A stretch of DNA of 64,000 nt from Arcobacteraceae bacterium. GTDB taxonomy: Bacteria > Campylobacterota > Campylobacteria > Campylobacterales > Arcobacteraceae. Where the stretch lies: assembly GCA_023229945.1 (NCBI GenBank), contig JALNYH010000002.1:21548-85547 (forward strand), in the 5' to 3' direction. The notes below the pieces were generated by a model that was not told where the DNA came from, made no database searches, and was given only the letters and a program-made list of their open reading frames with translations. Below are positions 11,008-19,812 of this stretch, piece after piece (within the stretch, counting starts at the first letter, position 1; each line of letters begins with the position of its first letter). A program made the translations under genes and the position numbers.

Positions 11008-12660
11008 ATGAAATTATCAAGATTTTTAAGCGTAGCAGCAATTGCTTGCATAGGTTTTGTTGGTACGGCTCAAGCAGAGGTTAAATTATCAGTTGCAGAA
11101 ATGGAACATGCTACACAAATTTATTTCGATAGATGTGCAGGATGCCATGGTATGCTTAGAAAAGGGGCTTTAGGACCTGCACTAACACCTGAAAAACTTA
11201 AAGAAAAAGGTTATGATTCAGCATCACTGAAACATATTATTCATGAAGGTACACCTGGTGGTATGCCAGAGTGGGGAAAATCTGGAGAGATTACAGCTGC
11301 TGAGACTGATTTGATGGCTAAATATATCCAGCTTCCAGCACCTCAACCACCTGAAAAATCTCTAAAAGATATGAAAGATACACACAAAGTATTGATACCT
11401 GTAAAAGATAGACCAAAAGCTCCTGAAATGAAAAACTGGAAAGACTATTTTGCAGTAATTTTAAGAGATGTTGGGCAAATTGCTATTATTGATGGTGTTA
11501 CTAAAGATATAATGTCTGTTGTTCCATCAGGTTATGCAACACACATTACTAGAACTGGTGCATCTGGAAGATATATGTATGTAATTGGTAGAGATGGTAA
11601 AGCATCTGTTATCGACCTTTGGATGAAAGAGCCAAAGAATGTTGCTGAAATTAGAGTTTGTAACGATGCAAGAGCTATTGATACATCAAAACACAAAGAT
11701 TTCCTAGATAAATATGCGGTTGTTGGTTGTTATTGGCCACCATCTATTGTAACACTAGAAGCTGAAACACTAGAACCTCTCAAAATCGTATCAACTGCAA
11801 GTTATACTTGGGATACTGGTGAATATACAAGAGAAGCAAGAGTTGCAGCTATTATAGCATCACACGACAAACCTGAGTGGGTTATCAATATCAAAGAAAC
11901 TGGACAAGTTTGGCTATATGATTATTCAAATATTATGAATCCAAAAATTACAATGGTTAATGCTGAAAGATTCTTGCATGATGGTGGTTGGGATTTATCA
12001 AAAAGATATTTCATGACTGCAGCTAATTCAAGACATATTATTTCTGTTATTGATACAAAAGAGGGAAAACTAGTTGCTAATATCCCATCTCAAGGGAATA
12101 TTCCACATCCAGGAAGAGGTGTGAATGTAGACCATCCTAAATTTGGTCCAGTTTGGGGAACAGGTCATATTGGCTCTGCTGATATAGTGTTCATTGGAAC
12201 TGACCCAAAAAATCATCCAAAAAATGCGTGGAAAGTTGTTAAAAAAATCAAACTTCCAGGTGATGGCGGAGGAAATCTATTTATCAAAGGTCATCCAAAT
12301 TCAAAATATATATTTGTTGATAGACCAGTGAATCCAGATAGAGAGCTACAAACTCAAATTTATGTAATCGATAGAGATACACTAGAGTTTGTAAAAACTA
12401 TCAAAATAGATCCAAAATACCTAGAACCAGCAAAAACTGCTGATGGTAAAGAGATTCAAGCAAGAGGACCAGTGCATTTTGAATTTAATGCTGATGGTTC
12501 AGAAGTTTGGACAAGTATTTGGGGTAATAAGCTTAAAGCATCTCCTATTTTAATTTATGATACAAAAACATTAGAACTTAAAAAAGTAATTAATGACGAA
12601 AGACTTAAAACACCAACTGGTAAATTTAATGTAACCAACACAATGACGGATACTTATTAA
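11008..12660 (+). CDS. nirS: cytochrome cd1 nitrite reductase NirS
   Basis: 550 aa. Signal peptide, CAGCH heme c domain, long d1 beta-propeller domain. AGGAG RBS. Confidence 0.92.
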   Translation: MKLSRFLSVAAIACIGFVGTAQAEVKLSVAEMEHATQIYFDRCAGCHGMLRKGALGPALTPEKLKEKGYDSASLKHIIHEGTPGGMPEWGKSGEITAAETDLMAKYIQLPAPQPPEKSLKDMKDTHKVLIPVKDRPKAPEMKNWKDYFAVILRDVGQIAIIDGVTKDIMSVVPSGYATHITRTGASGRYMYVIGRDGKASVIDLWMKEPKNVAEIRVCNDARAIDTSKHKDFLDKYAVVGCYWPPSIVTLEAETLEPLKIVSTASYTWDTGEYTREARVAAIIASHDKPEWVINIKETGQVWLYDYSNIMNPKITMVNAERFLHDGGWDLSKRYFMTAANSRHIISVIDTKEGKLVANIPSQGNIPHPGRGVNVDHPKFGPVWGTGHIGSADIVFIGTDPKNHPKNAWKVVKKIKLPGDGGGNLFIKGHPNSKYIFVDRPVNPDRELQTQIYVIDRDTLEFVKTIKIDPKYLEPAKTADGKEIQARGPVHFEFNADGSEVWTSIWGNKLKASPILIYDTKTLELKKVINDERLKTPTGKFNVTNTMTDTY

Positions 12661-12683
12661 TTTTACAAATTTATTTTAAATAT

Positions 12684-12710
12684 CAAGCCTTTGGGCTTGG
12701 TATTTTTTTT
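12684..12710 (+). terminator. intrinsic terminator/attenuator after nirS
   Basis: caagcc-tttg-ggcttg stem-loop followed by an 8-T run, then the GGAGG RBS of nirN. Confidence 0.7.
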
Positions 12711-12720
12711 GGAGGAATTT

Positions 12721-14289
12721 ATGAAAACAACGATTTTATATACTATGGTTTTGACTCTTTTTTTAAGTAATGCAAATGCTATTGATAGTGCGGCTGGGCA
12801 TATGGTAGAAGCATTGCCTAAAAAAGAAGTTGGGAAAGAGCTTTATAATCAATATTGCTCATCATGTCACCATACCAAAAGAGTAGGAAAAGATGGGCCA
12901 CCTTTACTACCAGACAATCTAAAAAAATATACCATCAATGACCTAGCTTCAAAAATCAAAGATGGCTTTCCTCAAACACTTATGCCAAAATATGATTTTC
13001 TAAATCCATATGAGCTTTTGAAAATTGCTCAATATATCAAGTCTGATTCGGATGTAGATACTACATGGAATAGTGAAGATATCACAAAATCTATTGTGAC
13101 ATTTGATGACCCATATTCACCACTTGATATCAAAGACAAAGAGCAAATTTTGCCAGTTGTAGAAAGAGATGGCAATAAAGTTTGGATTATGGAAGATACG
13201 AGAGTTTTGAGTAAATTTGAATTAGCCAATGTACATGGCGGAATCAAATACACAATGGATGCAAAAAACATATATGTACCTACTAGAGATGGATATATAC
13301 AAAGATATTCACTACAAAGTGGACAAAGACTCAACAAAACTAGAGCTTGTATAAATCTACGCAATATTTCTCTTAGTCGAGATGGAGAAAAAATATTTGC
13401 CACATGCCTCTTACCAGAGCAACTCGTAATTCTAGATTCTCAAACAATGCTACCAAGTCATATAGAAAAGCTTGATGGCAAAGTTTCGGCACTGTATGAG
13501 TTTTATTCCAAAGATGAAGCTGTATTTACTTTTAGAAATAAACCATTGTTAGCTACAATCAACACAAACACTTTTGAAATCAAATATCAAACAATAAAAG
13601 AGCCAATTGAGGACTTTTTCATAGACCCATTTGAGGATTTTTTGATAGGAACAGCAAGAAGAGGTGATATATTGAGTGTGTATGACCTCAATAAAAATAA
13701 GTATGTTTTTGAACATGCAATGAAAGGTATGCCACATCTTTTTTCTGCTACTTATTGGTATGAAAATGGTAACTTTTATTTTGCAACTCCACATATCAAA
13801 AAACCTTATTTGACTATATGGAAAATGTATGACTGGGAATTTACAAAACAAGTTGAAATAGGTGGCGATGGTTTTTTTGTCAAAACACATCCAAATACTC
13901 CTTATCTTTGGACGGATAATGGAAGTGACGAGCTAGTATTGATATCAAAAAAAGATTATCAAATCAAAAAAATAGTACCTAGAAAAGGGAAACAATATAT
14001 CCATACAGAATATAGTGGAGATGGTAAATATGCCTATTTGAGTATATACGAAAAAGATGGAGAGATTATGGTCTTGGATACTCAAAATTTCAAAGAATTA
14101 GCTTCATATGATGCAAATATGCCAGTTGGTAAATATAATTTTATCAATAAAAACAGAGAATTTTATCCAAGGCTTTTTGGGATTGATATTTTTAAAGAAA
14201 AATGCAACAATACTCTACCTTGTAATACAAATGGGCTAAACAAATATGAAAGCCAAAGTTTAAGTGACTTTCTTGAGTCAATCAAATAA
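12721..14289 (+). CDS. nirN: NirN-like cd1-family protein (c-heme + beta-propeller; dihydro-heme d1 dehydrogenase family)
   Basis: Start moved to MKTTILYTMV (ATG 12721 after GGAGG). CSSCH heme c motif plus cd1-type propeller length. Follows nirS. Confidence 0.75.
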   Translation: MKTTILYTMVLTLFLSNANAIDSAAGHMVEALPKKEVGKELYNQYCSSCHHTKRVGKDGPPLLPDNLKKYTINDLASKIKDGFPQTLMPKYDFLNPYELLKIAQYIKSDSDVDTTWNSEDITKSIVTFDDPYSPLDIKDKEQILPVVERDGNKVWIMEDTRVLSKFELANVHGGIKYTMDAKNIYVPTRDGYIQRYSLQSGQRLNKTRACINLRNISLSRDGEKIFATCLLPEQLVILDSQTMLPSHIEKLDGKVSALYEFYSKDEAVFTFRNKPLLATINTNTFEIKYQTIKEPIEDFFIDPFEDFLIGTARRGDILSVYDLNKNKYVFEHAMKGMPHLFSATYWYENGNFYFATPHIKKPYLTIWKMYDWEFTKQVEIGGDGFFVKTHPNTPYLWTDNGSDELVLISKKDYQIKKIVPRKGKQYIHTEYSGDGKYAYLSIYEKDGEIMVLDTQNFKELASYDANMPVGKYNFINKNREFYPRLFGIDIFKEKCNNTLPCNTNGLNKYESQSLSDFLESIK

Positions 14290-14321
14290 TGATAAATTAA
14301 AAACATAAAATAAGGAAAACA

Positions 14322-15134
14322 ATGAAAACTTTTAAAACATTACTAATACTACTATTTTGCGGAATAAGCCTAAATGGTCAGAGTTTTGCCACGGTAAATG
14401 GTGAAAATGTCACAATAGAAGATATAAACATAGTGCTAAAATCATACGAACAAGCACCAGCTTTTAGTGAATTATCAAAAGTAGATAAAGAGTTTGTAAT
14501 CAATCAAGCAATAGAAGCAAAACTAATACAACAAATTGCAAAAAAAGAAAAAATCCAAAATAGAGATGATTATACGAGTGCCTTGAGCGATATACAAAAT
14601 CAACTTTTGATAGAAATATGGATGAAAACAAATTTGGAAAAAATTACTATCACAAAAGAAGAAGTTGAAACTTCTTATAAGCAAAATATAGCTGATTACA
14701 AACAGCCTTTACAAGTAAAAGCTAGGCATATTATAGTAGAAACTCAAAAAGAAGCCCAAGATATAATAAATGAGCTAAACAACACAAAAACAGATATTCA
14801 AGGAAAATTCATAGAACTTGCAAACACAAAATCCATAGAACCTACAGCCAATACAAGAGGTGGGGATTTGGGATGGTTCAAACAAGGTGATATGCTAGAA
14901 GAATTTTGGCAAGAATCTTTGTCTTTAGAGGTAGAAAGCTACTCCAATAAACCTTTGCAAACCCCTTTTGGATACCATATAGTATTTCTTGATGGCAAAA
15001 AAGAACCATACACTATCAGCCTAGAAAATGTATATACAGCTATAGAAAACAAACTAAAAATGGACAAACTACAACTAAGTGTTGGCAAAAGACTAGAAGA
15101 AATCAAGAAAAATGCAAAGATTTCTATAAATTAG
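14322..15134 (+). CDS. parvulin-type peptidyl-prolyl cis-trans isomerase (PpiC/SurA-like), periplasmic
   Basis: 270 aa. Signal peptide, ARHIIV...GGDLGWF...FGYHIV parvulin motifs. Confidence 0.8.
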   Translation: MKTFKTLLILLFCGISLNGQSFATVNGENVTIEDINIVLKSYEQAPAFSELSKVDKEFVINQAIEAKLIQQIAKKEKIQNRDDYTSALSDIQNQLLIEIWMKTNLEKITITKEEVETSYKQNIADYKQPLQVKARHIIVETQKEAQDIINELNNTKTDIQGKFIELANTKSIEPTANTRGGDLGWFKQGDMLEEFWQESLSLEVESYSNKPLQTPFGYHIVFLDGKKEPYTISLENVYTAIENKLKMDKLQLSVGKRLEEIKKNAKISIN

Positions 15135-15188
15135 CTTCAAAATTTATTTGAGATAGATATTTATATGACCACACTGCTAGTATAAAAA

Positions 15189-15944
15189 TTAAAATAAACT
15201 AGCTTGTTGTGGTTTTTTTTCTTCTTTAATATGCTTTTCAATCCAAGTTATAAATTCATTTTTAAACTTAATACCTTTGATTTTTCCATGGTATTTATCA
15301 ATAATAAATAAATCTTTATATTTATTAGTTGGTGTATAAGTTTTATCTTCTTTTTGTATCACGGCTTCATGGATTAAATATTTATTCAAATCTTGTGTTT
15401 TTTGAAATAAATCTTCTGCTTCATCTTTTAAATATTGCACTACCTCAGAAGCTGTATAGCCATTATTTTCTCTATAGATGAACTCTATTTCATCTTTTTT
15501 TATCTTACTTTGTTCCATAAATAAATTTTTATTAGATAAATAAACTTTTATTTTTTTATTGTTGTCTACCCCTCGAAGTATATTGTCATAACTTCCTTTA
15601 CTCATGCCATCCCATATAACAAAAGTAAACTCACTATCTATTGTCATAGCTTTATCTTTTTCTTGTTGTCGTTCTCGTTCTTTTTTAATGCTATTTGAAA
15701 CTTCAATATACTTTGTCTTAAAACTTTCATTTGCTTTATATCTAGGACACATAGAAATGGAATAAACCGTTATCTTACAATAATTTAATGATGCACAATA
15801 ATCTTGTACTAATGTATCAACTCCAGAAGCATCACCAATTATTATTTCAAAATTTTGTTCAATTATTTTATTAATACTTGTTTTAACCTCTTGAGGAAGT
15901 TCTTTAATTGATATAGAACCACTTATAAAAACTTTATTTTTCAT
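15189..15944 (-). CDS. SLOG/DUF2493/DprA-like Rossmannoid domain protein with an unknown C-terminal domain
   Basis: 251 aa. KVFISGSISI...EIIIGDASGVDTLVQDY...FVIWDGMSKGSYDNI pattern. ATGA overlap with the upstream PRTase gene. Family call is by eye only. Confidence 0.45.
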   Translation of the reverse strand: MKNKVFISGSISIKELPQEVKTSINKIIEQNFEIIIGDASGVDTLVQDYCASLNYCKITVYSISMCPRYKANESFKTKYIEVSNSIKKERERQQEKDKAMTIDSEFTFVIWDGMSKGSYDNILRGVDNNKKIKVYLSNKNLFMEQSKIKKDEIEFIYRENNGYTASEVVQYLKDEAEDLFQKTQDLNKYLIHEAVIQKEDKTYTPTNKYKDLFIIDKYHGKIKGIKFKNEFITWIEKHIKEEKKPQQASLF

Positions 15945-16663
15945 CTTTTAACATCCTTGAGTGGAATGAAAAAGAAATTTACTTTTTTATTGAAATCATA
16001 TAACTTATACATGCTTTCACATATTGAAGCAGTTGTACCCATTACATCATCAATAAGTACAAAAGTATCACTAATATTTGATTGACTTAAATCTATAGAA
16101 TATTTATTAAACTGTTGTGTTGATAAATTTATCATGCTTTTGCTTGATACTTGAGTATTTTTAGAAATAATTGTTTTTAGCGGGATGCTATTTATCGCTG
16201 ATAATTTGGTTGCAATTTCATCAGGTATTTGAGAACTTGAAGGTATAAAAACAATCTTTAAATCAGTATAATTTTCTTTTAGATACTTAATATATCCATT
16301 AAAATGAGAAATTATTTCATCAACATAAGTTTCTCTTATTTCTTGTTTTATTGGGTCTCTCTTTAAATACTTCATCTCATACAATTTTTTTCCAAAATAT
16401 GTGTATTTTTGATATTCTTGACCCTTATATTCAAATGTTAAAATATGAGTAAAAAGATTTTGATTAAAATCTTGAAGGATCTCAAACTCTTTGTAAAAGT
16501 CTAGAATAACACCCTGTGCAATTAGAGTTTTTTGAAAAAATATTTTACATTGTAAATGATTATTTTGTAAAGAAGTATCTTGTATATATTCAATGATTTC
16601 ATTATTAATATTTACGGGTACTTTTTTAGCTTTAATTACAATTTTAAAATCATTTACAACCAT
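15941..16663 (-). CDS. ComF-like type I phosphoribosyltransferase-domain protein with a novel N-domain
   Basis: C-terminal PRPP loop FVLIDDVMGTTASI and IVFIPSS strand. No ComF Cys4 finger. Start placed at MVVNDFKIV (ATG 16663). The track start 16738 lies inside the conserved leader repeat. Confidence 0.6.
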   Translation of the reverse strand: MVVNDFKIVIKAKKVPVNINNEIIEYIQDTSLQNNHLQCKIFFQKTLIAQGVILDFYKEFEILQDFNQNLFTHILTFEYKGQEYQKYTYFGKKLYEMKYLKRDPIKQEIRETYVDEIISHFNGYIKYLKENYTDLKIVFIPSSSQIPDEIATKLSAINSIPLKTIISKNTQVSSKSMINLSTQQFNKYSIDLSQSNISDTFVLIDDVMGTTASICESMYKLYDFNKKVNFFFIPLKDVKR

Positions 16664-16745
16664 CCTAACCCTTTTAAACTTTATACTATATTTGATATAA
16701 ACTTTTAACTTAAATACAAATAATACAACATAGTTCATCGATAGA

Positions 16746-16890
16746 CTAACTATTTATTCAACCTACATTATACACAAAATACCCTAAAAATAAATAAATG
16801 CCATACATACAAAATATTAGATAATCCAACAATTATAAATACATTAAATAAAGCAATTATAAAACTTTTTACTAAGAAATATTGCAAAAG
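16746..16890. repeat. copy A of a ~140-nt promoter/leader repeat (partner at 17882..18018)
   Basis: Direct repeat, roughly three-quarters identical by eye. Identical blocks aactatttattcaacc, acattata, actaagaaa and attgcaaaag. Minus-strand TGTGTATAAT -10 lies inside. Confidence 0.7.
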
Positions 16891-17123
16891 CCTATTTAAT
16901 GGTACCTGTACTTTTTTTAACCCTTATCTTTAAAAAAGACATTCATATAGAGCAACGCACCTATTTTAGTTATATAATAGGGTGTATTTGGTATCATAAT
17001 TCTTCTTATTCTTACCATTTTTATCTCTAATATTTAGATATTAAAAATGTTACAAAAATAAAATCCATTTATTTAAGCATATTATAATCTGGAATTAATT
17101 AGTATACTGTCTTTAGATTTAGA

Positions 17124-17285
17124 TTAAATTTCATAGCAAGATATAATTTCATCAACATTATATCCAGATGCAAGTAACACACTTTTTACATCTTTTTTAG
17201 ATAGTGCCTTAATTGTTTGCACTTTTACAGGTATTTCTCCTTGTAAAGTAAAACTAACTCTATATGTTCTCATAATATTTGACAT
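17124..17285 (-). CDS. possible 53-aa protein downstream of the P-loop gene
   Basis: Hand-translated MSNIMRTYRVSFTLQGEIPVKVQTIKALSKKDVKSVLLASGYNVDEIISCYEI. AAAGGAAAAG RBS. No family recognised. Confidence 0.35.
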   Translation of the reverse strand: MSNIMRTYRVSFTLQGEIPVKVQTIKALSKKDVKSVLLASGYNVDEIISCYEI

Positions 17286-17387
17286 TAAACTTTTCCTTTA
17301 TATTATAAATATTTAATCACTAACGATTAAAATAAGTCAATCAATTATCCATGAAGAAATTGATTGACTCCACTTATTTGTTATCTT

Positions 17388-17864
17388 TTAGACTAAGTCA
17401 TATATCTTTTGTTTAACTACCTGAGCTTTTTTCTTTGGGTCTTTTTCACTAATAGTTATAATTTGTAAATTTTTTAGACTCGAATAATAATTTTGAAGTT
17501 CACTTATATTTAATTGTGCATGTAAACACCACTTATTCTCTAATGCAATTAAATATACATCTGAATCTTTGTATAAATCTTTAAGAATTTTTATTGAATC
17601 ATTGGAAGGTTCTTTTGTTGGACAAAAAGCACTGATAATATAATCTGGTTTTGAACTGAGTTGATTTAATCTACTATTTATCTCATTAATATATCCTGCT
17701 TCTCCCCAATCATCATTTGATTGCGACTGAACACAAAACTTCTTATTACATAGTTCATAAAACTTATTTTTATAAAATCTTTCTCTACCATTAAATAGTT
17801 CTTTGATAATAAAACTTTTACCCCAATTTTGGAAACCTGTGATTAAAAAAACTTTTTGTTTCAT
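17388..17864 (-). CDS. small P-loop NTPase-like protein
   Basis: Start moved to MKQKVFLITG (ATG 17864, AAGGA RBS). Walker A-like GFQNWGKS. 158 aa, otherwise unassigned. Confidence 0.45.
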   Translation of the reverse strand: MKQKVFLITGFQNWGKSFIIKELFNGRERFYKNKFYELCNKKFCVQSQSNDDWGEAGYINEINSRLNQLSSKPDYIISAFCPTKEPSNDSIKILKDLYKDSDVYLIALENKWCLHAQLNISELQNYYSSLKNLQIITISEKDPKKKAQVVKQKIYDLV

Positions 17865-17881
17865 ATATATCCTTTTATAAG

Positions 17882-18018
17882 CCAACTATTTATTCAACCC
17901 ACATTATATAAAACACAACCTTCGAATAAACAAATAACATACATTAAAAATATCATATAACAAAACAACTATAAATAAAACAATTAGAAAACTTTTAACT
18001 AAGAAAACATTGCAAAAG
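17882..18018. repeat. copy B of the promoter/leader repeat (partner at 16746..16890)
   Basis: Immediately upstream (minus strand) of the P-loop gene. Contains a TATATAAT -10-like element at the position matching copy A. Confidence 0.7.
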
Positions 18019-18149
18019 TTCTGTAAATCTTACTTACCCGTAACTTCAAATACGATAAAACTTAGTAAAAACTCAACATATCTTTTAGTAAACTTTCTTT
18101 TTTTTGTTATAATTTACACTAAATTTAATATATTTGAGGAATATCGCCA

Positions 18150-18461
18150 ATGGGAACAAAACTTGTATTAGAGAGATTGAAAACTATAAAATCAAAGTAT
18201 CAACAAGATGGTTTCAATATCATAGCACTTTTTGGCTCTTATGCTACAAATTCTCAAAATGACACGAGTGATATAGATTTGCTATATGATGTTGATAAGT
18301 CATTTTTAGACAAATACAAAGGTTTTCGTTCTGTATCAAAAGTTATGGAAATACAAAATGAATTATCTAGCTTACTCCATACAAAAGTGGATTTAACATC
18401 TCCATCAGGTCTAAATCAAAAAATAAAAGATGATATAACTTCAAAGGCTATATATTTCTAA
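18150..18461 (+). CDS. MNT-type nucleotidyltransferase (MntA antitoxin family of HepT/MNT type VII TA modules)
   Basis: 103 aa. LFGSYATNSQNDTSDIDLLYDV = GSx10-11(D/E)xD pol-beta NTase motif. Confidence 0.8.
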   Translation: MGTKLVLERLKTIKSKYQQDGFNIIALFGSYATNSQNDTSDIDLLYDVDKSFLDKYKGFRSVSKVMEIQNELSSLLHTKVDLTSPSGLNQKIKDDITSKAIYF

Positions 18462-18578
18462 AGATATAAAAACATTCATAGCCATGATTATGATGGTGTA
18501 AATCAAACAGCTATCAGATACGGTTTACCTGAACTGTTGCGTATATATAATAGTATACTTGATAAGCAAGTCAGATAG
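18462..18578 (+). pseudogene. C-terminal remnant of a HepT (DUF86) toxin gene
   Basis: No start codon. The frame after the MNT stop reads RYKNIHSHDYDGVNQTAIRYGLPELLRIYNSILDKQVR*, i.e. a HepT Rx4HxY-like motif (K-NIHS-H-D-Y) plus the C-terminal helix. About 75 N-terminal residues are missing. Confidence 0.5.
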
Positions 18579-18769
18579 AGGAAATGAGAAAAGCAAAGCC
18601 TAATAGAATTTAAAAAAGTTCCATTTTGTAAACTTAGCACCTTCCTTTATTCGTGCCATTTATATATCTTATATTTTGATATAAAATAATACAAAAATAA
18701 AACATATCTTATTGAAAATATTACAATTTATGATTATTTGTTATCTATTAGATATCCTGCTCCCCAGAA

Positions 18770-19333
18770 TTATCTAACCTTCCGTCTTTCTTTCCACTTA
18801 TAATCCGTATCTTTTGTGACATAACTAAAAAACATCGTTCCAGAATTTCTCCATGCGTCAAGTAAGATTCCTTCATCAAATGGTCTTCCTTTGGCGGTGA
18901 TGCTTATGGCGTGATGTTCGTGGAAGTAGCTTCCTTGATTGGCTACTACTTCGTAGATACCGAGGGTGGGGTATTCTTCTGTTTTGAGATATGATACTAT
19001 ATCACTTACCCAATGATGACACAATCCTCTTTCTCTTTGATTTTGATTTACCAAAAAGTTTTGAAATGATGGTGGGGCTACTAAATTATAACTATTGGCT
19101 AGATACATTGCATAGTAGATACTTTTATTTGCTACATCTCGTGCTTCTTGTTTTGTGATTTGAGGGGAAAGATTTTGAATCATTTGGGAAAGTAGCTCAA
19201 TATTTTGTACTGTTTTGGGGTCGGTTTTGGTCACTTCGATAGTGTTATTGGAATTAAGTGCTACGCTATCATATTTGACACTACATCCTGTGAATATAAA
19301 AAAAGATAGTAAAGATAAGATAATGGTTTTCAT
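18770..19333 (-). CDS. hypothetical lipoprotein
   Basis: 187 aa. Lipobox LSFFIFTGC. No family recognised. Confidence 0.6.
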   Translation of the reverse strand: MKTIILSLLSFFIFTGCSVKYDSVALNSNNTIEVTKTDPKTVQNIELLSQMIQNLSPQITKQEARDVANKSIYYAMYLANSYNLVAPPSFQNFLVNQNQRERGLCHHWVSDIVSYLKTEEYPTLGIYEVVANQGSYFHEHHAISITAKGRPFDEGILLDAWRNSGTMFFSYVTKDTDYKWKERRKVR

Positions 19334-19449
19334 TGGGTGATTTTATCAAATTTTTGCTGTAGATGTGATTTGAGGACAAGAATCACCGGATGAATCCGGC
19401 GTTCCGTAAGAAGCATATGAATCTGGTGTTCCAAACAATATATTTGGGA

Positions 19450-19812
19450 TTACTCCACTATACACCTTGAAGTGTGAAAAATTCTCTCATAATCACTAGA
19501 TTTGAATACATCTTCTACGATTTCCCAACCCAGTTTTTGGTTGATAACCAAACTTTGGGCTACTTTTCTCACGGCTCTACTTTCGCAAAGGATATTTTGT
19601 CCGTTGTAAAATGCAGTTTTTACATCATCCATCCTATCTGTAGTGATAAGATAATGTGCGGATATTGCCATTACCAAAACCACAATCACAGCAGGTAAAC
19701 CTATTTTGAAACTACCTTTTGGCATAAAAGGTCTTGTTGTGACATATATTGCCACAATAATTATAAATGCAGCTATTGCTAGATAGCCTCCTTCTAGTTC
19801 AAGAAATCTCAT
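19450..19812 (-). CDS. hypothetical 2-TM membrane protein, last gene of the heme d1 operon
   Basis: 120 aa. Overlaps the nirDL-like stop by 14 nt. A ccgga-tgaa-tccgg hairpin lies downstream at about 19392..19405. Confidence 0.5.
   Translation of the reverse strand: MRFLELEGGYLAIAAFIIIVAIYVTTRPFMPKGSFKIGLPAVIVVLVMAISAHYLITTDRMDDVKTAFYNGQNILCESRAVRKVAQSLVINQKLGWEIVEDVFKSSDYERIFHTSRCIVE

Noticed and set aside
16664-16738. First 25 codons of the track ORF 15941..16738 (MNYVVLFVFKLKVYIKYSIKFKRVR)
   Set aside because: They lie between the conserved leader repeat with its -10 element and the internal ATG at 16663, so they are most likely 5' UTR. They are low-complexity and AT-driven, and the internal ATG has an RBS-like AAGGG.
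16911-16938. cttttttaa...ttaaaaaag hairpin as a terminator between the two island cassettes
   Set aside because: The stem is A/T only, so it has very low stability, and such pairings are frequent by chance here.
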